Shown here piece by piece: positions 1-10,068 of a DNA stretch of 64,000 nucleotides; within the stretch, counting starts at the first letter, position 1; each line of letters starts with the position of its first letter. The DNA lies in NCBI GenBank assembly GCA_963745035.1, contig CAVUVW010000002.1, forward strand, positions 64,001-128,000, given 5' to 3'. The notes below the pieces were generated by a model. That model worked only from the letters and a program-made list of their open reading frames with translations. It was not told the DNA's origin and did not search any database. The position numbers were made by a program, and so were the translations under genes. This DNA is from an uncultured delta proteobacterium. Its GTDB lineage: Bacteria > Desulfobacterota > Binatia > UBA9968.

Positions 1-4
1 AGCA

Positions 5-847
5 TTGGTCAACGGATTGGTATCCAAAGTGGGCCACTCGCTTCGGACTGCCGACCCATCCGACCGGATCAGCGATCCATCGCAAGCACTGGAATTTTGC
101 TCAATCGGCCAAGCTTTCGAGGAACGCGGGCTGCTGCGACCTGGCAAGCGCGGCGTGTGCTTTGCCGCCGGCCTAGAGTTTCTCCCGAGTGCTTTTGCCA
201 ATCTAGGCGCCGATATCTTGGCGACGGACCTAGCCAGCGAGGGCGAATGGGCGGGGCAACACTCTAAATCCCATCTGGATCTGTTCCATCCCGGCATGGT
301 CTCCCGCGAGATGTTCGATAAACACGTCACGTTCCAGCACGCCGACATGACGAATATCCAAGGCATCGAACACGGTGCCTACGATTTTGTCTGGAGTTCG
401 TGTGCCTTCGAGCATTTGGGGTCGCTTGATGCCGGTCTCGATTTTGTCGTCAACGCCATGGGTCTGCTGAAGCCCGGTGGCACGGCCATCCACACCACGG
501 AGTTCAATCTATCATCGAACGACGAAACGCTGACATCCGGTAGCAACGTCATTTATCGGCGCCGGGACATCGAAGCTCTGGATCATCGGTTACGGAAAAT
601 TCGCTGCGGGCTTGAGCGTGTCGATTATGACGGCGGCACGCACCCATTTGATCTCGATTATGATAGCCCGCCTTTTTCACAAGACGGCAGGCCTCATGTA
701 AAATTGGAACTCAACGGTTTCATTTCGACGTCAATCATCGTGATCATCCACAAGGGGCTAATCCCTACTCCGGCTTTGGCGACTGGCAGTATTCGACCGG
801 ATCGGACTTGCGAACTGGGCACCGCTCACGGCGGCGACTCACAATAG
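5..847 (+). CDS. Class I SAM-dependent methyltransferase (probably 5'-truncated by window edge)
   Basis: Motifs CFAAGLE, ILATD, FQHADM, YDFVWSSCAFEH and LLKPGG typical of class I MTases. Confidence 0.75.
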   Translation: MVNGLVSKVGHSLRTADPSDRISDPSQALEFCSIGQAFEERGLLRPGKRGVCFAAGLEFLPSAFANLGADILATDLASEGEWAGQHSKSHLDLFHPGMVSREMFDKHVTFQHADMTNIQGIEHGAYDFVWSSCAFEHLGSLDAGLDFVVNAMGLLKPGGTAIHTTEFNLSSNDETLTSGSNVIYRRRDIEALDHRLRKIRCGLERVDYDGGTHPFDLDYDSPPFSQDGRPHVKLELNGFISTSIIVIIHKGLIPTPALATGSIRPDRTCELGTAHGGDSQ

Positions 848-1204
848 GGCGAGCAGACATCGAATTGAGAATGCACCGCTGACCGAATATCAGACGTTCC
901 GCGCGGCGATGCCTTCGACCGTATTCATTAAATGGCAAGACCAAATTTAGCCTGAGATTGAACTGAACGACGCTTCAATTCGATCTAATCAACGAGAGTG
1001 GACCACTCGATTGGGAATCAAGTGGCCCGGATCCGGCGGAAGCGACTCAGACGCCGCTGCGTCTCGATCTCCGAAAATGCTCCTGGCTTTCTCTTCGTCA
1101 CAGAAGTCATGACCTAAGTGAACGAATACGTCCTTATCGGATTCTATTAAGCAGCATCGCGATAGCGAAAAGATTGGCGCGGTTCACAAACAGGGAGGTG
1201 GGTG

Positions 1205-1504
1205 TTAGCCCAATACCGCTTCGAAGAGACTTACCCAGCCGCGGCTGATGTAATCGCTTAGGGTCAGCACCAGCATGATTCCCAACCAAAATACGCCGGC
1301 GCTGGCAAACAGGATGGTCAAATAACTGCTGTAGCGCAGGTGCATGAAATAGAGCATCACCAGCACCGCCTTGATGACCGCGATCGTGAGCGCGACGGAG
1401 ATATTGCCGATGCGTCCCAGATCGACAAAGGCAATGCCGGTCGTCAGGGCGGTAAAACCGAGCAGGGCGGCGAACACGCTTAAATAAACTTTGGCGGAGA
1501 TCAT
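1205..1504 (-). CDS. ctaF: Cytochrome c oxidase subunit IV (caa3-type)
   Basis: Three hydrophobic segments, KAVLVMLYFMHL motif; last gene of the cox operon, TGATG-coupled to subunit III. Confidence 0.9.
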   Translation of the reverse strand: MISAKVYLSVFAALLGFTALTTGIAFVDLGRIGNISVALTIAVIKAVLVMLYFMHLRYSSYLTILFASAGVFWLGIMLVLTLSDYISRGWVSLFEAVLG

Positions 1505-2148
1505 CAGTGCCGACCTACCAGATAAAATAGAGGGAAAAGGAAAATCCAGACGATATCGACGAAATGCCAGTACAAACCGCCCAGCTCCACCGGCGTATAG
1601 TAGAGATGGGAGTAGCGCCCGCGCCAGCTATTCCAGGCCAGAACAAGAAACATGCCGATGCCGATGATCATGTGTACGGCGTGCATGCCGGTCATCGTGA
1701 AGTAAAAAGAGAAAAAAATTGCCGCGTGTCTCGGATCGGCGCCCTCATACGCGAAGTTCCAGCCGGGGACCAGATGGGCTTCGAAGTGGTGATGATATTC
1801 GACGAATTTGATGACGAGAAAGGCTGCTCCGAGCGCGATGGTCACAAACAAATAGACGAGCAAAGCTTTCGGTTTGCTCGCGTGGGCCGCGTGCACCGCC
1901 ATCGCAACGGAAAGACTGCTGCCGATCAGCACCGCGGTGTTAACGGTGCCCAGCACGACATCCATGTGATTGCTCGCGTGGGCGAAAGCGTCCGGATACA
2001 CGCTGCGGTAGACAGTGTACGCCAAGAACATGCCGCCGAAGAACATGATCTCGGTAACCAGGAACGCCCACATGCCCAACGTGGATGCCTCGTGTTGCTG
2101 CTCCACGTCGTCGAAGTGATGAGCGACGGCGCCGTGACTATCGGCCAT
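1504..2148 (-). CDS. ctaE: Cytochrome c oxidase subunit III
   Basis: [20 protein letters not shown] and [10 protein letters not shown] motifs. Confidence 0.95.
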   Translation of the reverse strand: MADSHGAVAHHFDDVEQQHEASTLGMWAFLVTEIMFFGGMFLAYTVYRSVYPDAFAHASNHMDVVLGTVNTAVLIGSSLSVAMAVHAAHASKPKALLVYLFVTIALGAAFLVIKFVEYHHHFEAHLVPGWNFAYEGADPRHAAIFFSFYFTMTGMHAVHMIIGIGMFLVLAWNSWRGRYSHLYYTPVELGGLYWHFVDIVWIFLFPLFYLVGRH

Positions 2149-3766
2149 AAAGCTCCTGTTTGTGGTAGGCGTAGACTTCCTCGGTCACGACCGGCGTCCG
2201 CGCGAAGTTTTCGGTCGGCGGCGGCGACGGAGTTTTCCACTCGAGGCCGGTGGAGCCCCAGGGATTGGGGCCGGCGGGCTTGCCGTAGCGCATCGACCAA
2301 ATCAGGTACACGATCGGGATGAGATAGCCGACTCCCAAGATCGATGCTCCGGCCGAGGACATGACGTTGTACACCTGGAACTCTTCCGGATAGAAGTGAT
2401 AGCGCCGCGGCATGCCAAGATAGCCGAGCACGAACTGCGGAAAGAACGTCAGGTTGAAGCCGAGGAAAATCGTCAGCGCCGCCAGTTTCGCCCACCCTTC
2501 CGGATAGAGCCTGCCGGAAATCTTCGGCCACCAGTAGTGGAGGCCGCCGAGGTAACCCATCAGCGCTCCTCCCACCATGATGTAGTGGAAATGCGCGACC
2601 ACGAAATAGGTATCGTGCACGTGCACGTCGAGCCCCAACGATGCGAGAAAGATGCCGGTCAGCCCGCCGATCGTGAACAAGCCGATGAAGCCGAGCGCGT
2701 AGAGGAGCGGCGTCGCTAGCAGAACCGAGCCCTTATAAATGGTCGCCGTCCAGTTGAACACTTTGATCGCCGAAGGAATCGCGACGAACATGCTGAGGAA
2801 CGAGAAAATCATGCCGGCGTAGACCGACTGGCCGCTCACGAACATGTGGTGGCCCCAGACGAGAAATCCGAGCACGGCGATGGCGATGCTCGCGAACGCG
2901 ACGAAGCGGTAGCTGAAAATTCGTTTTCGCGAAAAACAGGTGACCAACTCGCTGATTACTCCCATGGACGGCAGAATCATGATGTAGACAGCCGGATGAG
3001 AGTAGAACCAGAAGAGATGCTGAAACAGAATGGGATCGCCGCCGCTGCTGGGATTGAAAATGCCGAATCCGAACAGACGCTCCATGGCGACCAGGACAAG
3101 CGTAATGGCGATCACGGGCGTTCCTAACATGATGATCAAGCTGGTCGCATAGTGGGCCCAGATAAAAAGCGGCAGGCGGAACCAGGTAAGACCCGGCGCG
3201 CGCATGGTGTGGATCGTGACGATAAAGTTGAGAGCGGTCAGGATGGTTGAAAAGCCGACGATGAAAATCCCGATCACCGTGGCGGCCACGTAGGTATTGC
3301 TGTAGACGCTGCTGTAGGGCGTATAGAACGTCCAGCCCGTGTCGACCCCGCCGGCGAGAAGCGCTCCCAAGGTAAACAGCGCGCCGATCACGAAGATGTA
3401 CCAGCTCGCGAGATTGAGCCTGGGAAACGCCAGGTCGCGCGCGCCGATCATCATCGGCACCAGAAAATTTCCCAAGGTCGCGGGAATCGATGGGATCAAG
3501 AAGAAAAACACCATGATGATGCCGTGCAGAGTGAAAAGCTTGTTGTATGTTTCCGATATCACCAGATCGCCCGCCGGCGTCATCAACTCGAGGCGAAACA
3601 AGACCGCCGCCGCGCCGCCGATGACGAACATGAGGGTGATAGAAACGAGATAAAGCAGCGCAATGCGCTTGTGGTCGGTAGTGAAGAGCCAGGACCGCAC
3701 GCCGTAGTCGGCGTTCAGATAATGCCGGCGCGCTTCTCTATAGGTTTCCAACTGTTCGGCTTTCAT
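2138..3766 (-). CDS. ctaD: Cytochrome c oxidase subunit I, A2-type
   Basis: [20 protein letters not shown] (YS motif of A2 oxidases), WGHH, HFH; start placed at ATG 3766 (MKAEQ). Confidence 0.97.
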   Translation of the reverse strand: MKAEQLETYREARRHYLNADYGVRSWLFTTDHKRIALLYLVSITLMFVIGGAAAVLFRLELMTPAGDLVISETYNKLFTLHGIIMVFFFLIPSIPATLGNFLVPMMIGARDLAFPRLNLASWYIFVIGALFTLGALLAGGVDTGWTFYTPYSSVYSNTYVAATVIGIFIVGFSTILTALNFIVTIHTMRAPGLTWFRLPLFIWAHYATSLIIMLGTPVIAITLVLVAMERLFGFGIFNPSSGGDPILFQHLFWFYSHPAVYIMILPSMGVISELVTCFSRKRIFSYRFVAFASIAIAVLGFLVWGHHMFVSGQSVYAGMIFSFLSMFVAIPSAIKVFNWTATIYKGSVLLATPLLYALGFIGLFTIGGLTGIFLASLGLDVHVHDTYFVVAHFHYIMVGGALMGYLGGLHYWWPKISGRLYPEGWAKLAALTIFLGFNLTFFPQFVLGYLGMPRRYHFYPEEFQVYNVMSSAGASILGVGYLIPIVYLIWSMRYGKPAGPNPWGSTGLEWKTPSPPPTENFARTPVVTEEVYAYHKQELYGR

Positions 3767-3812
3767 AGCTCGATGCCGGCTTGACTCCTCTCGTGAAAAT
3801 CTCTCGGCCTTT

Positions 3813-4853
3813 TTAGCGCCTTTGCTGTTGCGCACCCGCCGCCGTCGCCGGCCCCGAAGACTCGCTCCGTTTGGCGGCAGCGGCGCCCTTTTCTCCCGTT
3901 TGCCCCATGGACTTGATGTAGCCGATCAGATCCATCAACTGCTCTTCGTTGACCCGTCCCTGGTATGGCGGCATCACGGGCTGGAATCCGGCGACAATCT
4001 TGGCCTGCGGATTGACGATCGACTCGCGCAGATAGCTGTCGTTGACGGCAACGCTTTGGCCGTTCTGAAGCTTTTGCGTTTTGCCGAACAAGCCGGCCAG
4101 CATCGGCCCGATGCCTTGGCGATCTTGCAGGTGGCAGGTTTCACAGCCGAGATCCTGAAATAATCTTTGCCCTCTGCCTGCGACCGAGCCTTCCGCCGCT
4201 CCAGGGGCGCTCGGGCCGCCAAGCTCGCCGCTCAACCATGCCTCGTATTGATTGGGCTCGAGCACGACGACCTGCCCCATCATGCCCGCATGCTGGGTGC
4301 CGCAATATTCGGCACAGAACAGATGGAACCTGCCGGTCTTCGTCGCTTCGAACCAGACCATCGTGTAGTACCCCGGCACAACGTCGTGTTTTATCCTAAA
4401 CGCGGGAATAAAGAAGCTGTGAATCACATCCTCGCTCGCCAGGGTAAGCTTCACCGGCCTGCCCAAAGGAACATGCAGCTCGTTGATCTCGCGCTGGCCG
4501 TCGGGATGCTGGAACTTCCACATCCACTGCCGCCCGACGACGAAGATTTCGAGCGCATTGGCAGGCGGCCGCGCCATCGCGAAATACACACTGGCGCCCC
4601 AGAAAAACGCGATCATCACCAGGAACAGCGGGACCACGATCCAGGTGACTTCCAGCCGGACATCGTCGCGCATTTGCGGCGGCGGCGGCTCGTCTTCCGA
4701 GCGCCGGCGATATTTGACGGCGAAGTAAACGACCGAAATAAAGATCAACAGAGAAAAAAAGACGCTGATCCCGACCAGGTAGAAGTAGAGCGCGTCCACG
4801 CGCGGCGCGATGGTGGAAGCCTGATCAGGAAAAAAACGGAACGCCGGATTCAT
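3813..4853 (-). CDS. ctaC: Cytochrome c oxidase subunit II with C-terminal cytochrome c (caa3)
   Basis: CuA ligands H...[12 protein letters not shown]; C-terminal CETCH heme c motif; start at MNPAF. Confidence 0.95.
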   Translation of the reverse strand: MNPAFRFFPDQASTIAPRVDALYFYLVGISVFFSLLIFISVVYFAVKYRRRSEDEPPPPQMRDDVRLEVTWIVVPLFLVMIAFFWGASVYFAMARPPANALEIFVVGRQWMWKFQHPDGQREINELHVPLGRPVKLTLASEDVIHSFFIPAFRIKHDVVPGYYTMVWFEATKTGRFHLFCAEYCGTQHAGMMGQVVVLEPNQYEAWLSGELGGPSAPGAAEGSVAGRGQRLFQDLGCETCHLQDRQGIGPMLAGLFGKTQKLQNGQSVAVNDSYLRESIVNPQAKIVAGFQPVMPPYQGRVNEEQLMDLIGYIKSMGQTGEKGAAAAKRSESSGPATAAGAQQQRR

Positions 4854-5704
4854 GGTCGCGGCATCCTCGGCTCGCGGTCGGCCCGGCGACCGCTTTTGTG
4901 CTCTCGGCGCAGAGACACAACCAAAAACCCGCCTAAAGCGAGGAAGGTCGCCGCGCTGGAAAGCCGCAGCACGTTGAGAATGGAGAGGGTGTATCTCCCC
5001 TGCGAAGGATCGTAGGCGTAGCAAAGCAGCAGCAGCTGGTCGAGCGCCGTGCCGATCCGGTTTGCCGACGCTTCGACCAGCGACAAACGCAGCTCGCGGG
5101 GAGGATAGTCGAAGCCATAAAAATAGCGTGCGATCTTGCCGTCGGGCGTGATCACCACGGTCGCCGCCGCATGGATGAAGCGCTCACCGCCTTTCTTGGT
5201 CTCGTTCGCCGTGTAGCGAAAGCCGGCAGCTTGCGCGAGCGCGTCGATCGACTGCGAATCTCCGGTGAGGAGATGCCAGCCGCGCTCTGCACCCGGGCGC
5301 GAGTGCCGCTTGGTGATCACGGCTTTCTTCTCCCTCGCGAGCTCCGGACTTTCGGCGGGGTCGATGCTCACCGCTACCACGCGATAATCGTCTGCGGCGT
5401 TGAAGTCGAGCGGCCGCAGGCTTCGCGCCAGCCCTTCGAGCACCAGCGGGCACACGCGATCGCAATTGTAATAGACAAGCGCCAGCAACACCGGCGCGCC
5501 GTCGAAGTAGCGCTTCAGAGTGACCGTCTCGCCTTGCTCATCTCGGAACGCAAGATCCAGTGGAATTTGCGCATTGATCCGCTGCTCGATGCCGGCTTTG
5601 CCGGCGATCGGATCGACCGCCGTTGACGTGCGTTCCTGCTCGTGCGCAAGAACTGGCGCGACGAATCCCACAATGAGCGAGACCAAAATTGCAATCGCCG
5701 TCAT
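4850..5704 (-). CDS. SCO1/SenC family copper chaperone
   Basis: CDRVC (CxxxC), WHLLTG, FIHAA; signal peptide and C-terminal TM; start at MTAIAIL. Confidence 0.9.
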   Translation of the reverse strand: MTAIAILVSLIVGFVAPVLAHEQERTSTAVDPIAGKAGIEQRINAQIPLDLAFRDEQGETVTLKRYFDGAPVLLALVYYNCDRVCPLVLEGLARSLRPLDFNAADDYRVVAVSIDPAESPELAREKKAVITKRHSRPGAERGWHLLTGDSQSIDALAQAAGFRYTANETKKGGERFIHAAATVVITPDGKIARYFYGFDYPPRELRLSLVEASANRIGTALDQLLLLCYAYDPSQGRYTLSILNVLRLSSAATFLALGGFLVVSLRREHKSGRRADREPRMPRP

Positions 5705-6144
5705 CGATTTTGTCCGCCTGCGGACGTCGTTCGCTCGCCCGGCCCTTCCTTTTGAGGTAATTGCTTCCGCACCGGCAAACCCTGCTTCGCGATGATTTCC
5801 ATGCCGCGCTCGATCGGCACCCTGACGATGTTCTTCTCGCGATCGACCCAGCCGTAGCTGTTCAACACCTGATCTTCGGCGCGGCGCATCTCCAGTAGAT
5901 CCGTGCGCGGCGCCACCCGCAGGCGCGGTTCGGGCGGCGACTCCTCTTCCCTCTGGGCGGAAGTCGTAGGCGTCTCGCGCCGAGCCTCGCGCTGGTTGTA
6001 ATAGAGCAGCAGCCAATAAAGCGCGATGTGGATCACCACGGCGACGATCGCCAGCGCGCCGCCGAAGCGCAGAATACCTCGGACATCGACGTCCGCGGTT
6101 TCGTGGGAAACCTCGGGATTGTCGCGCTGAATGGACTCAGCCAT
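5701..6144 (-). CDS. Single-TM protein of ACIII-caa3 clusters (ActG-like candidate)
   Basis: One TM, PEPRL..P and L.SYGWVD...VRVPIERGM pattern; lies directly after actF. Confidence 0.6.
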   Translation of the reverse strand: MAESIQRDNPEVSHETADVDVRGILRFGGALAIVAVVIHIALYWLLLYYNQREARRETPTTSAQREEESPPEPRLRVAPRTDLLEMRRAEDQVLNSYGWVDREKNIVRVPIERGMEIIAKQGLPVRKQLPQKEGPGERTTSAGGQNR

Positions 6145-7303
6145 GGACCTCCCCTTCGTGTAGTGCGGAAAACTGCGTCGGCAGAGCGGGAAGACGCTGC
6201 AACTCCCGGAGAAAGCCGGCAAACCAGATGCCTCCGAGTCCCACCGGTGCCGCGATGTCCATCCAATGGAGGAAGAACTGCCCTGGGCGAAAAGCCGGGA
6301 CGGTATACCAGAAAATATCGGCCAGCCGCATCACGAGGATGGTTGCGGCGATCATCCCCAGAAACTCCGCTCGCCGTTTGTTGCGGCGTGAGAGCAACAG
6401 AAAAAACGGCACGAAGAAATGAAACACCACGAGAACGCGCGGCAGCCATTCCCAGCCGCCTTCATTTCGATGCGTGTACCAGACCGCCTCTTCGGGCAGG
6501 TTGCCCGACCAGATGATCAACCACTGCGATAGCGTAAAGTAAGCCCACAGCATGACAAAACCGAGAAGCAAGTTGCCGAGATCCAATCGATAGGCCGGGG
6601 GGATTGCTTCCGCATCGCCGGCATCGCGCCACAGGAGCGTCGAAAAGAGAATCGCGAACGCCAGGGCCGCAAGACCATGGCCGCCGAGAAAGTGCACGCC
6701 GAAGATCGTCGAATACCAGTGCGCTTCGAGCGCCATGATCCAATCCATCGAAGAGAAAGTGATGGTTAAAACGTAGACGACGAGCCCCGGCCCGCTGACG
6801 GCGCGCAGACGCGCCGCGGCATCGAAATCGGCTTCTCGCGATTTGCGCGACCAGCGGGTTATAAAGATCGCGGCACCGATCCAGAGCGCGAAATAGACCG
6901 CCGCGCGCAAAATGAAAAACGGCAGATTTAAATAGGCCGCCTTGTGCTGCAACAATACATCCTTGGCCACCGCTTCGGGGCGCGCCCATTCATAGAGATG
7001 GTGCAGGCCGAAAAGCAACGGCACAAACAGCAGCGCCATCAGCGGCAAGGTATTCATGCCGGATTCGAGGAGCCCCCGGATCGCCACCCCCCAACCGCCG
7101 CCCGAGAGGTTGTGCAGCATGACGATGCCGAGACATCCGAGCGCTATACCGAGAAAAAAAACGTAGGCGAAAAGATAGGCTTGGAAGAATTGCTGGCGGC
7201 TGAACAGCGCGCCGAGCACGCACAACCCGAGTCCGACTGCGCCGACGATGAGCGAGACGCTGCGCACGCGCCGCCATTCCGGTGAATGGATTGTCGCTTC
7301 CAT
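6137..7303 (-). CDS. actF: Alternative complex III subunit F
   Basis: Polytopic, SMDWIMALEAHWYSTIFG and WAYFTLSQWLIIWSGNLPEE motifs; operon order. Confidence 0.9.
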   Translation of the reverse strand: MEATIHSPEWRRVRSVSLIVGAVGLGLCVLGALFSRQQFFQAYLFAYVFFLGIALGCLGIVMLHNLSGGGWGVAIRGLLESGMNTLPLMALLFVPLLFGLHHLYEWARPEAVAKDVLLQHKAAYLNLPFFILRAAVYFALWIGAAIFITRWSRKSREADFDAAARLRAVSGPGLVVYVLTITFSSMDWIMALEAHWYSTIFGVHFLGGHGLAALAFAILFSTLLWRDAGDAEAIPPAYRLDLGNLLLGFVMLWAYFTLSQWLIIWSGNLPEEAVWYTHRNEGGWEWLPRVLVVFHFFVPFFLLLSRRNKRRAEFLGMIAATILVMRLADIFWYTVPAFRPGQFFLHWMDIAAPVGLGGIWFAGFLRELQRLPALPTQFSALHEGEVHG

Positions 7304-7918
7304 CAGCGCGGCTCCGCCATGAGCTTCTCACGATCGTCAGCCGGCAAGATCGCTCAGGCGCACATTCTGGCTTGCCTGCAACGCGCGCAGGTAGCCGACG
7401 ATCGCCCAGCGATCTTCCGCGGAAATTTGCTGCCGGTACGGCGGCATCGCGCCGAAGCCGTTCGCGATGACGGCGAACAGGTAACCGGGAGAAGCCTCTC
7501 TTAGGCGCTCCTGATGCAATGAAGCCGGACGGGAGAAGCCCCGGCGTACGATCATGCCCTCGCCGTTTCCGGTGCGGCTATGGCAGGGGGAACAGAAAAT
7601 ATCGTAGCGCTCCCTGCCGCGTTGCAAAACATCGACGGTGATTGGAACAGGAAATGTCGCTGCCGGTTCGCCCTTGGTCATGCCGTCGTAAAGATGCTCG
7701 TCTTCCCTCAGTGTGCCCCGCGCGATCGTATTCTCGACGAATGGCCGCGCGGATTGCCCGTCCGCAAAAAAATTACTGGGCTCGAGCGGATCGTAGCGCG
7801 GCTGCTCGGCCATCTGTTGGCGGCAAGCGCTGGCCGTGAGGATTGCGGCACAAATCAGCAGTGTTCCCCCCATCCTAACCTTCCCCCGCGAGGGGGAAGG
7901 GAACTTGAATGCATACAA
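7303..7918 (-). CDS. actE: Alternative complex III subunit E, monoheme c lipoprotein (1-nt frameshift near 7345)
   Basis: Lipobox-like TASAC, CSPCH; removing one base near 7346 gives LSDLPADDREKLMAEPR* with TGATG coupling to actF. Confidence 0.88.
7864..7904. repeat. REP-like hairpin CCTTCCCCC-GCGA-GGGGGAAGG
   Basis: 9-bp perfect stem at 7879-7900 inside the predicted ActE N-terminus. Confidence 0.7.
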
Positions 7919-7964
7919 AGCCTGTCATCGCACTGCGGATCCGCCGCGGCTGTGCGACGTCCAC

Positions 7965-7995
7965 AATCCAAAATCCAAAATCCAAAATCCAAAAT
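7965..7995. repeat. Tandem heptamer (AATCCAA)x4
   Basis: Four perfect copies immediately after the actD stop. Confidence 0.9.
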
Positions 7996-7996
7996 T

Positions 7997-8569
7997 TTAA
8001 AGTTCAACTTCGGTCACCATGCGGGGCGACAGCCCATCGAGAAATAGCCTTGTTTCGTCACGGTCGAACTTCGGATCGGCGGACTCGATGCAAAGGAAAA
8101 AGCGATCGTGAGTCGCCAGCGAAAACGTCGGCACGTTGAAGACCGGATGATACGGCATAGGCAAGCCATTGAGCGCGAGCATGCCCAGGACAGCGAACAG
8201 GCCCGCCGTCAGCACGGTGGTTTCGAAAGTGACCGGAATAAACGCCGGCCAGCTGTGCAGCGGCCGGCCGCCGATGTTGATCGGATAGTCGATGACCGAA
8301 ATGTAATACTGCAGAGAATAGCCGAGGATTGCGCCGAGTATCCCACCGATCAGCACGATGGTCGGCACCCAAGTCCGGCCAAGCTCCAAAGCTTCCGTCA
8401 ATTCTTCGACCGGAAAGGGCGTGTACGCGTCCATTTTTCGGTATCCCGCCTGGCGCGCTTGGCGCACCGCGACGACGAGCGCGTCGGGAGTATCGAACTC
8501 GCCGAGGACTCCGTAGATCGGAGCGCGGCCGTCGGAATGTCGGATCTCGGCTTCCATAAATTCAAACAT
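7997..8569 (-). CDS. actD: Alternative complex III subunit D (DUF3341)
   Basis: DAYTPFPVE and GGRPLHSWPAFIPVTFE motifs. Confidence 0.92.
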   Translation of the reverse strand: MFEFMEAEIRHSDGRAPIYGVLGEFDTPDALVVAVRQARQAGYRKMDAYTPFPVEELTEALELGRTWVPTIVLIGGILGAILGYSLQYYISVIDYPINIGGRPLHSWPAFIPVTFETTVLTAGLFAVLGMLALNGLPMPYHPVFNVPTFSLATHDRFFLCIESADPKFDRDETRLFLDGLSPRMVTEVEL

Positions 8570-8570
8570 C

Positions 8571-8661
8571 GGAGTAGTGGAGTGTTGGAGTACAGGAGTG
8601 TTGGGAATTCTGTATCTCGATTTTCACCACTCCATTACTCCATCGCTCCATCACTCCATTG
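8571..8661. repeat. Inverted octamer arrays (GGAGTRNN)x4 ... (CTCCATYR)x4
   Basis: Left arm 8571-8606 and right arm 8624-8661 are complementary with 8-nt period. Confidence 0.85.
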
Positions 8662-8662
8662 C

Positions 8663-10039
8663 TTATTCTTTCCGTTCCTCGGTCTCCGCCAGCATGCCAC
8701 TCATCTCAAAAATCGAAATCATCGGGAGAAAGCGAATGAAGAGAAACAGCAGCGCGAGAAACAGACCGATGGTGCCGGCAAAGGTCGCCCAGTCCCAAAT
8801 CGTCGGCCAATACATGCCCCACGACGAGGGCAGAAAATCGCGGTGCAGGCTGGTGACGACGATGACGAAGCGCTCGAGCCACATGCCGATATTCACGATG
8901 ATCGCGACGACAAAAAGTGCCAGGGCGTTGGCGCGTACCCTCGAGGACCACAACGCTTGAGGCACGACGATGTTGCAAAGGATCAGCGCCCAGTAAAAAG
9001 GCGCATAAGGACCAGCCAAACGATTCAGAATCATGAACTCTTCGTACTCGTTGGCGCTATACCAGGCGATGAACGCTTCCATCAGGTAGCCGTAAGCGAC
9101 GATCAGGCCGGTGGCGAGCATCACTTTGGCCATGTTTTCCAGATGACGATCGGTGATGAAGTCCTGCAGTCCGTAGGCGGCGCGCAGCGGAATGGCCAAC
9201 GTCAGCACCATCGCGAAACCGGAGTAGATCGCTCCGGCAACGAAATAGGGCGGAAAAATCGTCGTGTGCCATCCGGGCAAGACCGACACGGCGAAATCGA
9301 GGCTGACGATGGTGTGGACCGATACCACCAGCGGAGCCGCCAATCCGGCAAGCAGCAGGTAGGCGATTTCATAGCGCTGCCAATGCACCGCCGAGCCGCG
9401 CCAGCCCATCGCGAGCATGCCGTAAATCATCCGGCCCGGCCGGCTTTGCGAACGGTCGCGCAGGGTTGCGAAATCCGGGATCAAACCGATGAACCAAAAC
9501 AGCAGCGAGATCGTGAAGTACGTCGATACGGCGAACACGTCCCATACCAGCGGGCTACGAAACTGCGGTTGCACGCCCATCGTATTCGGGTAGGGGAACA
9601 GCCAGTAAAAAAGCCAGGGCCGGCCGAGATGGAGAATGGGGTACACGCCGGCACAGGCGACGGCAAAAAGCGTCATCGCCTCGGCAAAGCGATTGATCGA
9701 CGTCCGCCATCTCTGCCGTAGCAGCAACAGAATGGCGGAAATGAGCGTGCCCGCGTGGCCGATGCCGATCCACCAGACAAAGTTCACGATGGCAAAGCCC
9801 CAGGCAACCGGAACATTGACGCCCCAGATGCCGATGCCTTCGATCAACAGGTAGCCGACCGCGGCAAAGAAAATCATCAGCAGAAAAAACGAAATCGCAA
9901 AACCTATTAGCCAACCTCTGCCGGTTCGCTGGATTAAGACGATCGAGCTGATCTTTTCCGTGATCGACGCAAAGGTGTGGCCTGGCGCGACGAACTGCGG
10001 GGGCGACGTTTCCGAAGGTTGGGCTTTCTCGTCCTGCAT
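8663..10039 (-). CDS. actC: Alternative complex III subunit C (NrfD/PsrC family)
   Basis: NFVWWIGIGHAGTLIS, RFAEAMT, HLGRPW, SPLVWD motifs. Confidence 0.95.
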   Translation of the reverse strand: MQDEKAQPSETSPPQFVAPGHTFASITEKISSIVLIQRTGRGWLIGFAISFFLLMIFFAAVGYLLIEGIGIWGVNVPVAWGFAIVNFVWWIGIGHAGTLISAILLLLRQRWRTSINRFAEAMTLFAVACAGVYPILHLGRPWLFYWLFPYPNTMGVQPQFRSPLVWDVFAVSTYFTISLLFWFIGLIPDFATLRDRSQSRPGRMIYGMLAMGWRGSAVHWQRYEIAYLLLAGLAAPLVVSVHTIVSLDFAVSVLPGWHTTIFPPYFVAGAIYSGFAMVLTLAIPLRAAYGLQDFITDRHLENMAKVMLATGLIVAYGYLMEAFIAWYSANEYEEFMILNRLAGPYAPFYWALILCNIVVPQALWSSRVRANALALFVVAIIVNIGMWLERFVIVVTSLHRDFLPSSWGMYWPTIWDWATFAGTIGLFLALLFLFIRFLPMISIFEMSGMLAETEERKE

Positions 10040-10068
10040 GGCGTACGGTCAACTGGCTACAACGATAA

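Noticed and set aside
8108-9721. 537-aa plus-strand ORF and other long antisense ORFs (20351-21589, 27246-28769, 28552-29745)
   Set aside because: Shadow frames of GC-rich conserved genes with no recognisable motifs
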